Origin: Eledone cirrhosa
Lineage: Eukaryota
Assembly (NCBI GenBank): GCA_964016885.1
Contig: OZ024748.1
Span: 14,818,001-14,882,000 of the forward strand
Direction: 5' to 3'
DNA: 64,000 nucleotides
The position numbers were made by a program, and so were the translations under genes. This document shows, piece after piece, positions 40,693-53,028 of this stretch. The first letter of the stretch is position 1. Each line of letters begins with the position of its first letter. The notes below the pieces were generated by a model that did not search any database, was not told where the DNA came from, and worked only from the letters and a program-made list of their open reading frames with translations.

Positions 40693-42040
40693 CATGTTTG
40701 TAGGAAGGAAAATAGGGCACCGGTCCCATCTGGGAAATGGCCATGCTCAGTGTGTAGGAAAGGAGTAGGCAGAAACTCCATTTTATGTCCCAAATGCAAA
40801 GTATGGGTACATAAAAGATGTAGTAGGATCACAGTAAGCTAACTAAGAATATAGATTTTATATGTGGCCGGTGCTCTGGTGCAATAAGTAGCAGCAAATG
40901 CCCACAGAATACTAACTCATTCCATTGCACAGATGGTTCTATAGAAATAGTGGACAGCTTCTGTTACCTGGGTGACAAAATCAGCAGTGGGGGAGGGTGC
41001 TCTGAAAGTACAGTAGCTAGAGTCAGAACGGGATGGAAACATTTCAGAGAGCTTATACCACTATTGGCCGCTAAAGGGTTCTCTCTAAAAATGAAAGGTA
41101 GGCTGTATGATGCCTGCATACGAACAGCAATGTTACATGGCAGTGAGACCTGGGTATTGTGTGCAGAGGATATACGTAGACTGGAGAGAAATGAAGCTTG
41201 CATGCTCCGCTGGATGAGTTATAATAATATACGTGAACGGCAAAGCATAAACGAACTAAGGGGGAAATTAGGAATAAGAGGGATCAGATGGTGTTTACTC
41301 AACAGAAGACTACGTTCGTACGGTCACGTGATGCGCATGAAAGATGACAGCTGTATAAAAAAGTGCAGGGCGATAAAAATAGACGGTAGCCATGGAGTAG
41401 GCAGACCCAGAAAAACCTGGGACGACTTGATAAATTCCGGCCTCACACACTTACACCTCTCCAAGACAATGTGGCACTACACAGTTATACAGAAGACCCG
41501 CCTTGCCTAAGTACAAAGCGTAACCTACAGTCAGTAGGCACCTTTAACGAAATACCCCCCCCCCCCCCCCCATCCAACTACCCCCACCCCATCCACACCA
41601 CCCCCTTAAATGTGAAGTTATGTTGGTACCACAACATCCAGTCCGAAACAAATGAGGTCGTGTAGGTGTCACAACAAAACAAAACACACAGTCCACGCTG
41701 TAATGTGGCCGTGTAGGTAACATGGTAAAAACCTCACAGTACACACTGTAAACGTGGTTGGTGTTGGGAAGGGCATCCAGTCATAGAAAACCCGCCAGAC
41801 GTGTAGGTGTCACAACAAAAATACACACAGTCCATACTGTAATGTGGCCATATAGGTAACACGGTAAAAACATCCCAGTCCACACTGTAAACGTGGTTGG
41901 TGTTAGGAAGGGCATCCAGCCGTAGAAAACCCGCCAGACAGTTCTATACGAGCAGGACAACCAATCTTGCCTCAGGTGGGAAAACTCCCGTCCAAACCCA
42001 TGCAAGCGCGGAAGATGGACGCTAAACGATGATGATGATG
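40693..42040 (+). mobile_element. RTE LINE, 5'-truncated, with Cys/His finger, RT C-terminal region and internally repeated 3' UTR
   Basis: [29 protein letters not shown] (frameshift) VDSFCYLGDKIS..KGRLYDAC..GSETW..GHVMRM..GRPRKTW; (GAT)n tail. Confidence 0.93.
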
Positions 42041-42866
42041 TAAATATTTATATGTATACATCTCTCTCGCTTTCTCTCTATGTCACTCACTTTCTCTCTC
42101 TCTCTCTCTCTCTCTCTCTAGAGAGAGAGAGAGAGAGAGAGAAAGAGTGTGTGTGTGCGACACCTAATATTACTAATTACATAGAATCTCTAGAATAGAA
42201 AAAAGAATGCCATAAAAGCCCAGAAAGATGGTAAGAAAGAAAGGGTCTGGTATAAATAAATATATAAATTAAAACAACCCAGTAAACATCCTGGTTTTGT
42301 CACTAAAAGATTTAACAGCAGGGACTAAAAAGTATTTGTTGTACTTTGGGGGGGATTTCGTTTTGTTTATAGTTTTCATTTACAAATTTCTTCCCACTGT
42401 GTTATTTATTTACATTTATATACATTTATAAATATTTACTTTTGAATTTTTTTTTTTATTTACTTATATTTTTTTTTTCTTCTATTTTTTTAATGAGAAC
42501 AAGCAAAGAGTAGAACATGTCTTAGCTATGTTCAGTTATATTTGAGAGCATCTATGTTATAATGGAGGCCAAAAGAATTAATACAGTACAAGGGAGAACA
42601 TGGCTCTTAAAACATTTAATCTCCTCCTGCTGCCTGGCTTTGTTTTCTATTTGTTTCATTTTTTAGGGCTTTTAATTTTCTTTTTATTATATATTTTGTG
42701 AAGACACACATACACACATGTCATTAATGCACTAGCAAAACCCTATCGTCATCATCATCATCATCACTGTTTTATGTCCATTTTTCCATGCTAGCATGGT
42801 TTAGATGAGTTGTCCTGTTGTGGGCAATACTAAATCAGAGGACCATGACTTGCTCATACAGAACTG

Positions 42867-42912
<46 letters not shown>

Positions 42913-42948
42913 TCATAATCATCATATATATATATATTGAAACCCCTT

Positions 42949-43143
42949 TTAACCCTTTAATATTTAACCCCCCACCCCACCCGCCCCCGTATCCAGCCAG
43001 AATTCTCTCAAGTATTTCTGCTTAAAATGGCTGTAACTGACTACTCACACTGATGTTGAGGTATTGTTCTCAAAATAAATAATATCAAAATCACATGAAT
43101 TCGATATTATGTTAGATAAAGTTTTAACCACAAAAATACTAAT
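42949..43143. mobile_element. TTAA MITE, opposite orientation to 27572-27798, one end decayed
   Basis: TTAACCCTTTAATATTTAA start; CTCAAAATAAATAATATCAAAATC internal match. Confidence 0.65.
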
Positions 43144-43983
43144 GTGGTTTCATGCGGTTTGCTAATTCAAATGTTCATAGTATCTCTACTAGTAGACATA
43201 ACAATTTGAAAAGATTTAGTATAAAGAATTTAATTTTTAATGTGACAGTCATAGGCCTGTTTCATACATTTCAAGAATGCCTTGCTAATGAGATTTCATG
43301 TGACATGAGTTATTAAAAGATAAAGAAAGTCACAGATTAACTTTCCCATCTAGTAACATGCTTTAATCTTCTCAGCTTGAAACTCTGGACAAATCCCTTA
43401 ATCTTTCCATAGGTACTATCTACTAAATTTCTCTTAAAGGGCTTTGGCTGACATAAGCGTTTGATAAAGGACAAGATGTTGCATAATATAATCAAACCCC
43501 AAACTACAAAGATGTTGCTGTAGTTGTTATTAGTATTGTACCTGTAGTTGTAGTTAGGTGCTAATATTGTTGATGTTGTTGTGGTGGTTGTTGTTGTTGT
43601 TATTCATATCCTCCTATCATTAATATTCTTCAAAGTAGGACAACATCATTCTTGTGACAGCAAAGTCAGAATAGAATACTTGATAAATGAATAAATCATG
43701 CACACACACACACACACACATGCATACACACACAGACAGACAGACACACACACACACACACACACATATAGACATGTGTGTTACAGACACACAGACAGAC
43801 AAGAAAGCAGGAACAACAACAACAGAATCAGCCAAACTATACGATTCCATCTGTATTTCATGTCATTAATGTTTCTCTACCACTTTGTTGGTTATATATC
43901 AATCTCTTTCTTCCTTCTTCTCCTACATCCCCCCCTCCCCCCACCACCATCACACCCACATACCCTTTTCCTCCTTGCATCAT

Positions 43984-44063
43984 TAGTAGTAGTGGTGGCG
44001 TTGGTAGTAGTAGTGGTGGTGTTGGTAGTAGTAGTAGTAGTAGTAGTAGTAATGGTAGTAGTG

Positions 44064-44128
<65 letters not shown>

Positions 44129-44132
44129 GGTG

Positions 44133-44218
<86 letters not shown>

Positions 44219-44339
44219 GGTAGTAGTAGTAGTAGTAGTGGTGGTGGTGGTGGTGGTGGTGGTGGTAGTAGTAGTAGTAATGGTAGTAGTGGTAGTGGTA
44301 GTAGTAGCAGTAGTAGTAGTAGTAGTAGTGGTGGTGGTG

Positions 44340-44372
<33 letters not shown>
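43984..44372. repeat. Compound (GTA)n/(GTG)n trinucleotide tract
   Basis: Direct inspection; source of poly-V/S/G/T/L ORFs. Confidence 0.95.
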
Positions 44373-44766
44373 TACATCCCATGTCTTGTGGGTGAAGAAG
44401 GTAACGGAGATATTTTATGAATGTTTTTAAGCTCTGCATTGGTATTCAGAGTGTCTTTCTTTCTTTCTTTCTTTCTTTAATAACTTCCCCTACCACCACC
44501 TCACCCCAACCATCTCCAACACCACCATCTCACCCTCCACCGCCACCATTTACTACTGGGATGGAAGCTTGTTGCTTTTCTTTTACCTCCTCCACCAACA
44601 TTTTCCTACTCCAACTACTTCAACCTCCCCAGTACCAGTCCTTTTACCATATGTGTACACCTTTAAGATATTCACCTTACCACACAATCTCACTCACTCT
44701 TTCTTTGTCTATTTTCCTTATTCAAGCATTGATACACACACACAAAATACCTACTATTATTACTCT

Positions 44767-44950
44767 ATTGGCAGTATCGGTAGAGGGTCGGACGCCATGC
44801 TTTCCAGCATAGTTACGTCCCTTTACGATCTGAGTTCAAATCCCGCCGAGGTTGACTTTGCCTTTCATCCTTACGGGGTCGATAAAATAAAGTACCAGTA
44901 ATGCACTGGGTAATTGCTGGCCTTGTGCCTAAAGTAGAAACAATTATTAC
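44767..44950 (+). mobile_element. Meta-like SINE, full length
   Basis: GTTGACTTTGCCTTTCATCCTTACGGGGTCGATAAAATAAAGTACCAG. Confidence 0.9.
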
Positions 44951-45366
44951 TCTCTCTACTTCTCCTTAGCTATTCTTACCCTTCTTCTCTTTCTATCTAT
45001 CTATCTATCTATCTGTTTATCTATCCAACTTTCTATCTGTCTTTCCACCCTGCTATTTCTCTATACATTTCTCTGTCTAACTATCTATCCACTTTTCTAT
45101 CTGTATATCTATCGATTTATTTATTTATCTATCTCTTATCATTTATCTATCCATCTATTAATAGTTTTATTTTCATATATCTGTATGTAAACTCCCCATT
45201 TGTATTTGTCCCCTTCTTTTGTGCCCTTGTGGCTAATAAAGAAATTTATCTATCCATCTATCTATCATATATCTATTACCTATGTATCCATCTATCCATC
45301 TATCTCTCATATAGCTATCCATCTATCTATCATATATCTATCCATCTATCAATCTATCTATCCATA

Positions 45367-45942
45367 CCGATCCGGTTGACCACCGAGTCTATTGTAACGA
45401 TCAAGCCGCCTCCCCTCTTCAAAAACGAAGGAGAGGCGGTGTTTCTGTGCGTAATAGCCATGGCGAAAGAGGTTGTATGGTGGACGCGTCTGAAAGGACT
45501 GAGGTCAGACACCTTTCTCTCTGGCCAACAACTGGTCCCTTTCTTCCGATATCATTTCGGAAGAAGGATCAGGATGGAGAGAGAGGTGCTGCACCCCAGC
45601 CGTTTTTATGAAAGATGGATGAAAGTGGCGAGAATGGCCCATGTGAATGGGCCTTCACTCTACATCAGACTATAGGTGAGGAAGATGAAAAATTAAGGGA
45701 GCACCCCCTCTCTGTGCTCCTGAGGAGAAGGGTTGCACACTTTTTTTCGGGGGTGTGTGCGACCCCTAAGGCGCCTCCTCCCTATTGAGGATTTTGTTAT
45801 TAAATTTATTTTTGTTATATTTTATATCTTATTTTTTATATCTTGATATTGCCTCCTCCATATTGAGGACGCCTTTTTATGTAAACTCCCTCCATTGTAC
45901 TTGTTCCACTCTTTGATGCCCTGGTGGCAAATAAAAAGAAAG
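45367..45942 (+). mobile_element. Tx1/L1-clade LINE 3' end (ORF2 C-terminus plus UTR) in (ATCT)n
   Basis: VFLCVIAMAKEVVWWTRLK...ERE...FYERW; UTR ends CCCTGGTGGCAAATAAAAAGAA; short tails of the same type at 45187-45246 and 32450-33450. Confidence 0.7.
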
Positions 45943-46749
45943 TTAACTATCATATATCTATTACCTATCTATCCATCCCTCCATCTATCTATCTATCATC
46001 TGCGTCTGTCCATCTGTCTGTCTATCTATCTTTTATTATTCTCATCATTTGTCTTTTACATTTTATTTTCTGTCTTAATTAAAACAGAAAAGCTCTCTTC
46101 TATTATCCTCTCCTTAACCCTGTTCCTCACCCCTACTTCCTCTAATCTACATACCCCCCCCCCCACACCACCACTGCCTTCTGTTACCCTTTACAACTTC
46201 TTTCCCTGCACACTCCCTAAAAAATCATCTCCCCATAACTTCTTAATCAACTACCCCCCCTCCTATTATCCCCTAAATAACCATTTCCCCATTTCCTCTA
46301 ATCTACTCTTCACCCACAAATCATCTCTCCACCCCCATCATACATCACACTCTGCTGCTGATGATAACCTCCCACAATTCTTCATTTGTTTTTCCTTTCA
46401 CACATTCACAGTTTTCCTTAATTCCACTCAGTTGGTATTAGTTTTAAACACGCCACCCCACAGAAATTACCTTTTAGAACCTCTCCCCTCCCTTACCTTC
46501 CTTTAACATCCACCCTGGTATGGTCCTTAACCCTTTAATTAACATATTCCTAATAAAAGACACTGTCTATCATTTTGAAAATCATCAAAAATTAGCAGGG
46601 ATTTTGTATTTTATTAAGTTGTTTGGAACATAATTTAACAAAAAATCTTACATAGATTTTTAGATAAATATAAACTTTAACGCTTTACTTATATTACTAT
46701 TTCGAATGATTTTGAAAATAATCAAGAATTTGGAGGGTTTTTAATTTAA

Positions 46750-46935
46750 TATTTGTTTCTAATTTTGGCACAAGTCCAGCTATTACCCCAGTGCATTACT
46801 GGTACTTTATTTCATTGACCTCCGGAAGGATGAAAGGCAAAGTTAATCTCAGCGGGATTTGAACTCAAAACGTAAAGGGCCATAACTATGCTGCAAAGCA
46901 TGGTGTCTGGTGCTCTACAGATACTCCCAATCAAT
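46750..46935 (-). mobile_element. Meta-like SINE inserted in a TTAA-MITE relic (from 46527)
   Basis: GGATGAAAGGCAAAGTTAATCTCAGCGGGATTTGAACTC. Confidence 0.8.
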
Positions 46936-47329
46936 ATACTTCACTAACTGGGGCAATGTGGTGGTAGTAGTAGTAGTAGTAGCAGTAGTAGTAGCAGCAG
47001 TGAGGTGGACTGACCCTTAAGTTTCCTTTATGGTGATGGCATGTGGAATGTATATGTGTATTTTGATATGTATGTACATTTATGTAAAATCTCTTGTAGA
47101 GATGACTTGACTAATATAAACTATTTTCACACTGGTGGCAGTTGGTTATGATATTACATTAAATCTTCTCTAACTTTCTCATTATATGTGTGTCTGTGTG
47201 TGTGTGTTTAAAATACTGAAAATAAAACAAAAGTCGAAGATAGGTTCTTAATTAGTTCATTGTTTTATGATCATTTCAAAGGGTTTATTGATCATGTTAG
47301 ATCAATATATCGACTATATATAACAAGCA

Positions 47330-48540
47330 AAACAAGGACAATGTGTAAAATCATAATTCCTTTGAAGACATGAGAGGACAACAGAAGAAATACTGAGATA
47401 TAACAAGCAAGATGAAGAACCTAGTTTGAATATAACAGTGTATAGTAGGCTGAAATACCACAAGAAACTGTCATTATAACAACCAAAATGAGGACATTAG
47501 TTTGAATAAGACAACATATATAATGTCTGGGGTGACAAGAAACATGGTGACTGTAACAACCAAGATGAAGACACAAATCTGAATATATCAGTGTATGATA
47601 ATCGTAATTTCTTTGCAGAAGGTGTTGGGGGACAACAGAGGAAACAGTGATACATAACAATCAAAATGAGGACATTAGTCTGAATATATCAGTATATAGT
47701 AAGTCTGAAACAGGGTACAGGGTGACTGTAACAACCAAGATTTGGACATTAGTCCAAATATATCAGCATATAGTAGGTCAGAGAATACAACAGGGAACAG
47801 GGTAACTAGTAGAACCAAAATGAGGACACTAGTCTAAATATATCAGTATATAGTAAGTCTGAAACAGGGTACAGGGTGACTGTAACAACCAAGATTTGGA
47901 CATTAGTCCGAATATATCAGTATATAGTAGGTCAGAGAATACAACAGGGAACAGGGTAACTAGTAGAACCAAAATGAGGACACTAGTCTAAATATATCAG
48001 TATATAGTAAGTCTGAAACAGGGTACAGGGTGACTGTAACAACCAAGATTTGGACATTAGTCCAAATATATCAGCATATAGTAGGTCAGAGAATACAACA
48101 GGGAACAGGGTAACTAGTAGAACCAAAATGAGGACACTAGTCTAAATATATCAGTATATAGTAAGTCTGAAACAGGGTACAGGGTGACTGTAACAACCAA
48201 GATTTGGACATTAGTCCGAATATATCAGTATATAGTAGGTCAGAGAATACAACAGGGAACAGGGTAACTAGTAGAACCAAAATGAGGACACTAGTCTAAA
48301 TATATCAGTATATAGTAAGTCTGAAACAGGGTACAGGGTGACTGTAACAACCAAGATTTGGACATTAGTCCAAATATATCAGCATATAGTAGGTCAGAGA
48401 ATACAACAGGGAACAGGGTAACTAGTAGAACCAAAATGAGGACACGAGTCTAAATATATCAGTATATAGTAAGTTGGAGAGTACAAGATGGAATAGAGTG
48501 ACTATAACAGGCAAGATAAGGACCCTAATCTGTATAAAGT
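47330..48540. repeat. Satellite: ~74+80-bp dimer (154 bp) x5 with 308-bp alternation and degenerate monomer flanks
   Basis: AAGTCTGAAACAGGG at 47701, 47855, 48009, 48163, 48317. Confidence 0.95.
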
Positions 48541-48563
48541 AGCAGTGATGGTTTATAATAATG

Positions 48564-48658
48564 TTTTTTTTTATATAGGGACAAGGCCAGCAATTTTGGG
48601 GGAGAGGAAAGTCGATTAAATCGACCCCAGTGCATGACAGGTACTTTATTTTATCGTG
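48564..48658 (-). mobile_element. 5'-truncated Meta-like SINE with 19-bp target-site duplication
   Basis: GTGATGGTTTATAATAATG at 48545-48563 and 48659-48677. Confidence 0.75.
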
Positions 48659-48974
48659 GTGATGGTTTATAATAATGATGATTCCTCATCTCAGAATATC
48701 AGACATTAAAAAAATACATAAATAAATAACTTTAAATAAACAATAAAAGGAAAAAAAAAGAAGCAAAATCCAAATATTTATGTATTATAAGTCAAAATTC
48801 CAAGAATAATGGTTGCTGCTACCATTGTTATTGTTGTTGTTGGGCCTGGAAACCAATTAAATTTATCCCCTGTCTGTCTATAAACATTTATGCTTCTCTC
48901 TCCTCTCTCTTTCTTGCTAATATATATATATATATATGAAATAGTAAAAAAGAAAAAACAGTATATATATACAT

Positions 48975-49007
<33 letters not shown>

Positions 49008-49316
49008 ATTACATACATATGCATACATATATATACATATATATATATATATACATACACTTACATATTTAAATATATATATATATATTTATACATATAT
49101 ATATATATATTACATACATATATATATATATATTAGACCATTTGATAGTCTGTAGACAGCTGTTAGTCAGCCATTACCTTCATTGATTAAAGGTGTGGTA
49201 CCATACAGTTCACTTCAAGCGCTACATACCAACACAACCATTCTCTCTATCTTTCATTTCTTTCATTTTATTTCTTTTGGGGGGTTTATACACACACATC
49301 TGAATGTCTGTATATA

Positions 49317-49388
<72 letters not shown>

Positions 49389-50033
49389 CATACACACACT
49401 TATGTGTGTATGTGAGCATCGTCATTTTATATTCGTTTTTTTCCTATTTAGAAATATACACATACATATATACACACACGTACACACACACAAACACATA
49501 TATACACACATTTATATATATATATATAAATGTAAGCATGCACACGAACACGTATATATATATATACACATAGGTATATATATATGTGTATATTCACACA
49601 CATATATATATATATACATACATACACACATGTATGCATACACATATGTACATATGGGTTATATTGAACACTAATAATTGTTTCTACTTTAGGCACAAGG
49701 CCAGCAATTACCCAGTGCATTACTGGTACTTTGAACACTAATATTATTTGAACACTAATACTATTTGAACACTAATACTATTGAACACTAATAATAATTT
49801 TCGATTCGTTTGTAAACAACCGGCTCAATTTTAAGCTGTGCCATGCCAATGACCGATCATCACATGTTTGTTCAACACTGGTTTTGAGGAACAATCAACA
49901 TTTTTCTGGGTCATTAACCTTCATCAGAACTATATACCTCTGCCAGTCTATTGAATGGTTGAAAATATATAGTATTTTCTTAAGTACACATCGGCTGAGT
50001 AGCCTCATTTGCATACCGAGTGACTTATGTGTG

Positions 50034-50502
50034 TATCTATCTATCTAAGGCGGGTAAAATTCCCGAGATCCATGGACGAGTTCTCTCCAGCGGTCTCTGT
50101 CCCTCATTATCGCTGCCATGTCCTGCGTCTCCAACAGACCAGTGTCTGTCCTCAGGGCATCAACATACGTTAACCTTGGTCTTCCTCTTCTAGTGTGTCC
50201 ATGTAGGGGCTCCCAAAGGAGCACTGAGTGCAATGTCAACTCTGGATGTTGGTGAGCATGTCCAGCTAACCTCAGTCTCCTCTGTGTCACTTTTGAGCTG
50301 ACTTTTGGGATGCTCCCATACAGCTCTGAGTTTTTCATCCTCAGTGTATACTGATTAATGTTCAGAGCCATCCTCAGCATTCTCGTGTAGCACCCATCCA
50401 CCATCTGAGTGAGTTTCTTGAGATCGGTGTGGAAGTCTGACCTTCGTAGAGACCTGAAAATCCGCCTCTTCATTGCTGTAGTGGAGTCTGTGCTGCTGTA
50501 TG
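50034..50502 (-). mobile_element. RTE-X-like LINE 3' end with inverted 5' segment, (TAGA)n tail
   Basis: Minus: KKLTQMVDGCYTRMLRMALN..RRLRLAGH..LLWEP..RGRPRLTYVD; plus 50421-50502: RSVWKSDLRRDLKIRLFIAVVESVLLY. Confidence 0.9.
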
Positions 50503-50609
50503 TGTGAATATATATATATATATATGTACATGTGCATATTTACATTTATGTATCAGCCGTGCTAGGACCAGAAATGAAATTCTAATTTTATTTTTCATAT
50601 ATATATATA

Positions 50610-50890
50610 TATATAATATAAGATCAAAAGATGGTTAAAGGAGTTCCATATATTTTATTATGCGCATTTCAAAAACAAACATCATCATGCAATAATATTT
50701 GTGTTTTCATCAGATAAAATAGGAGAACATGATATGAAGGCTAAAAAACACTTGTGGATAGTGCAGTTTTAAATCAACATATCATTTTGATCTTATATTA
50801 TGCATACTCCAATCCCACAAACTGTAGAGTGCTTCTTATCCGATATCTGCATTGCTTTATTGTACTACAATAAAACTCACCTCCTACATA
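50610..50890 (-). mobile_element. Penelope-like terminal fragment with short inverted arms enclosing a hammerhead
   Basis: ATAATATAAGATCAAAAGAT (50613) inverted against ATCATTTTGATCTTATATTAT (~50781-50801); set in (TA)n. Confidence 0.6.
50651..50721 (-). ncRNA. Type I hammerhead ribozyme motif with palindromic minimal stem III
   Basis: TATTTTAT-CTGATGA-AAACACAAATATTATT(GCAT)GATGATGTTTGTTTTT-GAAA-TGCGCA-T-A-ATAAAATA: 8-bp stem I, 15/16-paired stem II, intact core. Confidence 0.8.
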
Positions 50891-51552
50891 TATATATATA
50901 TATATATACTTTAGATTTGCTTACTTTACTGGGATGAGAGGGAGGAGTCTTACCTTAAAATAGTTTCATATATGAAACAAGACAAATAAGAAATTGTGTC
51001 TTTTGCTGTGTTGAGTGGTGGTGGTAGGGCTTTACTAACTACACCACACACATTTACAAACATTCCTTCAGAGATACATATGTGTAAGGTAACACACACA
51101 CGCATGGTTGGTGTGTGTATGAGGACCTGTATTTATGTGTGCATGTGTGTTAGCTTGCAATATATTTCCTCCATTTTTCAATGATCCATCCAGCCTAACG
51201 ATCCATGCAACCAAGGTTGTGATGATGATCATGATAATATAGTTGCATAGGGTATGTGTAGAGTATGTGTGTGAGAGTGTGTGTTATTTTAATTTATGTT
51301 AAATGTATTCTCAGCCCTATTGATTTATCCATAATGTCGCACTGACTCGACAGAAAGATCTATAGTTATTTGAAGCATCTACTACGACAATTGCTGTTAT
51401 TGAGCAAGACTTGCTAATCTCTAAGTCAACAGACCCACACCAAAATGGTAGCTGATCAAACATTTATTAGTGACTTAAACTCTGCGATCAAGTCCATGAC
51501 ATATGTTAGGTTTCTGCTGGCTCTACAAGAACACACACATATATACATACAC

Positions 51553-51607
<55 letters not shown>

Positions 51608-51608
<1 letters not shown>

Positions 51609-51914
51609 CCCCCACCCCATCCACACCGCCCCTTTCAATGTAAAGTTATGTTGGTACCACAACATCCAGCCCGAAACAAACGAAGTCGTGTAGGTGTCAC
51701 GACAAAAAAAAACACACAGTCCACGCTGTAATGTGGCCGTGTACGTAACACGGTAAAAACCTCCCAGTTCCACACTGTAAATGTGGTTGGTGCTAGGAAG
51801 AGCAACCAGCCATAGAAAACCCGCCAGACAGTCCTATGCGAGCAAGACAACCACTCTTTCGAGTGGGAAAACTCCCGTCCAAACCCATGCGAGCGTGGAA
51901 TATGGACGTTAAAC

Positions 51915-51948
<34 letters not shown>
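51608..51948 (+). mobile_element. RTE 3' UTR (same family as 41580-42040) with (GAT)n tail
   Basis: High similarity to 41579-42040. Confidence 0.85.
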
Positions 51949-51949
<1 letters not shown>

Positions 51950-52351
51950 GTGAAAGAATGCAGAGTAACATGGTTGGCTGTACAACAAGGGGCTTTATTT
52001 CAGGTATTGAAAATTGTTTCATTGATCAGATGAGTCTAGAGGTCGCTAATCGCTCAAAGTTGCATCACTCGATCTCCATTACATTATTTACCTCTGACCA
52101 ACTCATCAGAATACAAAACTAATTCGCTCAAAGCAAGTTATATATAGAAACAGCGTATAATCAAAACAATAACATCAATAATAAAAAATATATGATAAAT
52201 AGGTAAAGAAGTTACAGATGTAAAAAGTAAAAGATAAGAAAAAATACAGTAAAAAAGTAAGAAAATGGAAAAATATAAAGAAATAAAGAAATAAGGATAT
52301 ATATATATTTATATATGTGTGTCTGTGTGTGTGTATGTATATATATATATA

Positions 52352-52894
52352 TATACTGATATATATTTATTAAAATAACAGATTAAAGTTTAAGCAAAGA
52401 ATCGCTGCTTTCACCCTTAACGGTATCTTCTGAAACTAACAAAGTCAATCTGTAAACGCAGAACTGGATATTTCAAAAAACGTTGCAACCAGAGGAAGAC
52501 AGGAAGACGATACTTTGGTTCATGGTGACGTTCGCTGGCAAAGAACGGGAAAAAACGAATAATACGTCATTAATAGGAGCGGTGAAAAACAATTACGCGC
52601 AAAGACAGGAGCACGTTTATGGTATAAAAGAGGTCGTAGACTAATGTTCTCTAAGTGGTGCAATGAACGATAAAACGAAGATAATAAGTCATATGTGGAG
52701 CGTGGAGAACAAAAGCATGCAAAGACAAAACCACGTAAATGGTATAGCAGAAGTCGTAGACTAAAATTCTAACTAGGAGACCGAATGAATCTCCGCTACA
52801 GAGTTAAGAACAAAGTAAATAAATACAATACAGAAGTAATAGAAACAAATAAATACATTTATTATTTTATTATTATTACTATACTGATATATAT
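52352..52894 (-). mobile_element. Young CpG-rich insertion (Penelope-like end) with 15-bp flanking direct repeat
   Basis: TATACTGATATATAT at 52352 and 52880; reverse complement CAGAAGA-TACCGTTAAGGGT-GAAAGC; internal ~120-bp duplication. Confidence 0.55.
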
Positions 52895-53028
52895 ATATAT
52901 CAGCATCATCTTTATCACAATTTAACATCCATTTTTTTATGCTAGCATGGATTAAATGAGTTGTCCCGTACAGAGTGAAGTCAGGTCAAATCACCATGTC
53001 TTGCTCATATAGAACTGTATATATATAT

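Noticed and set aside
40950-41510. 186-aa ORF as a host gene
   Set aside because: RTE ORF2 C-terminal fragment with an upstream frameshift and 5' truncation
43698-44439. Poly-V, poly-S/G, poly-T and poly-L/P ORFs
   Set aside because: Pure (GTA)/(GTG) microsatellite without convincing splice context
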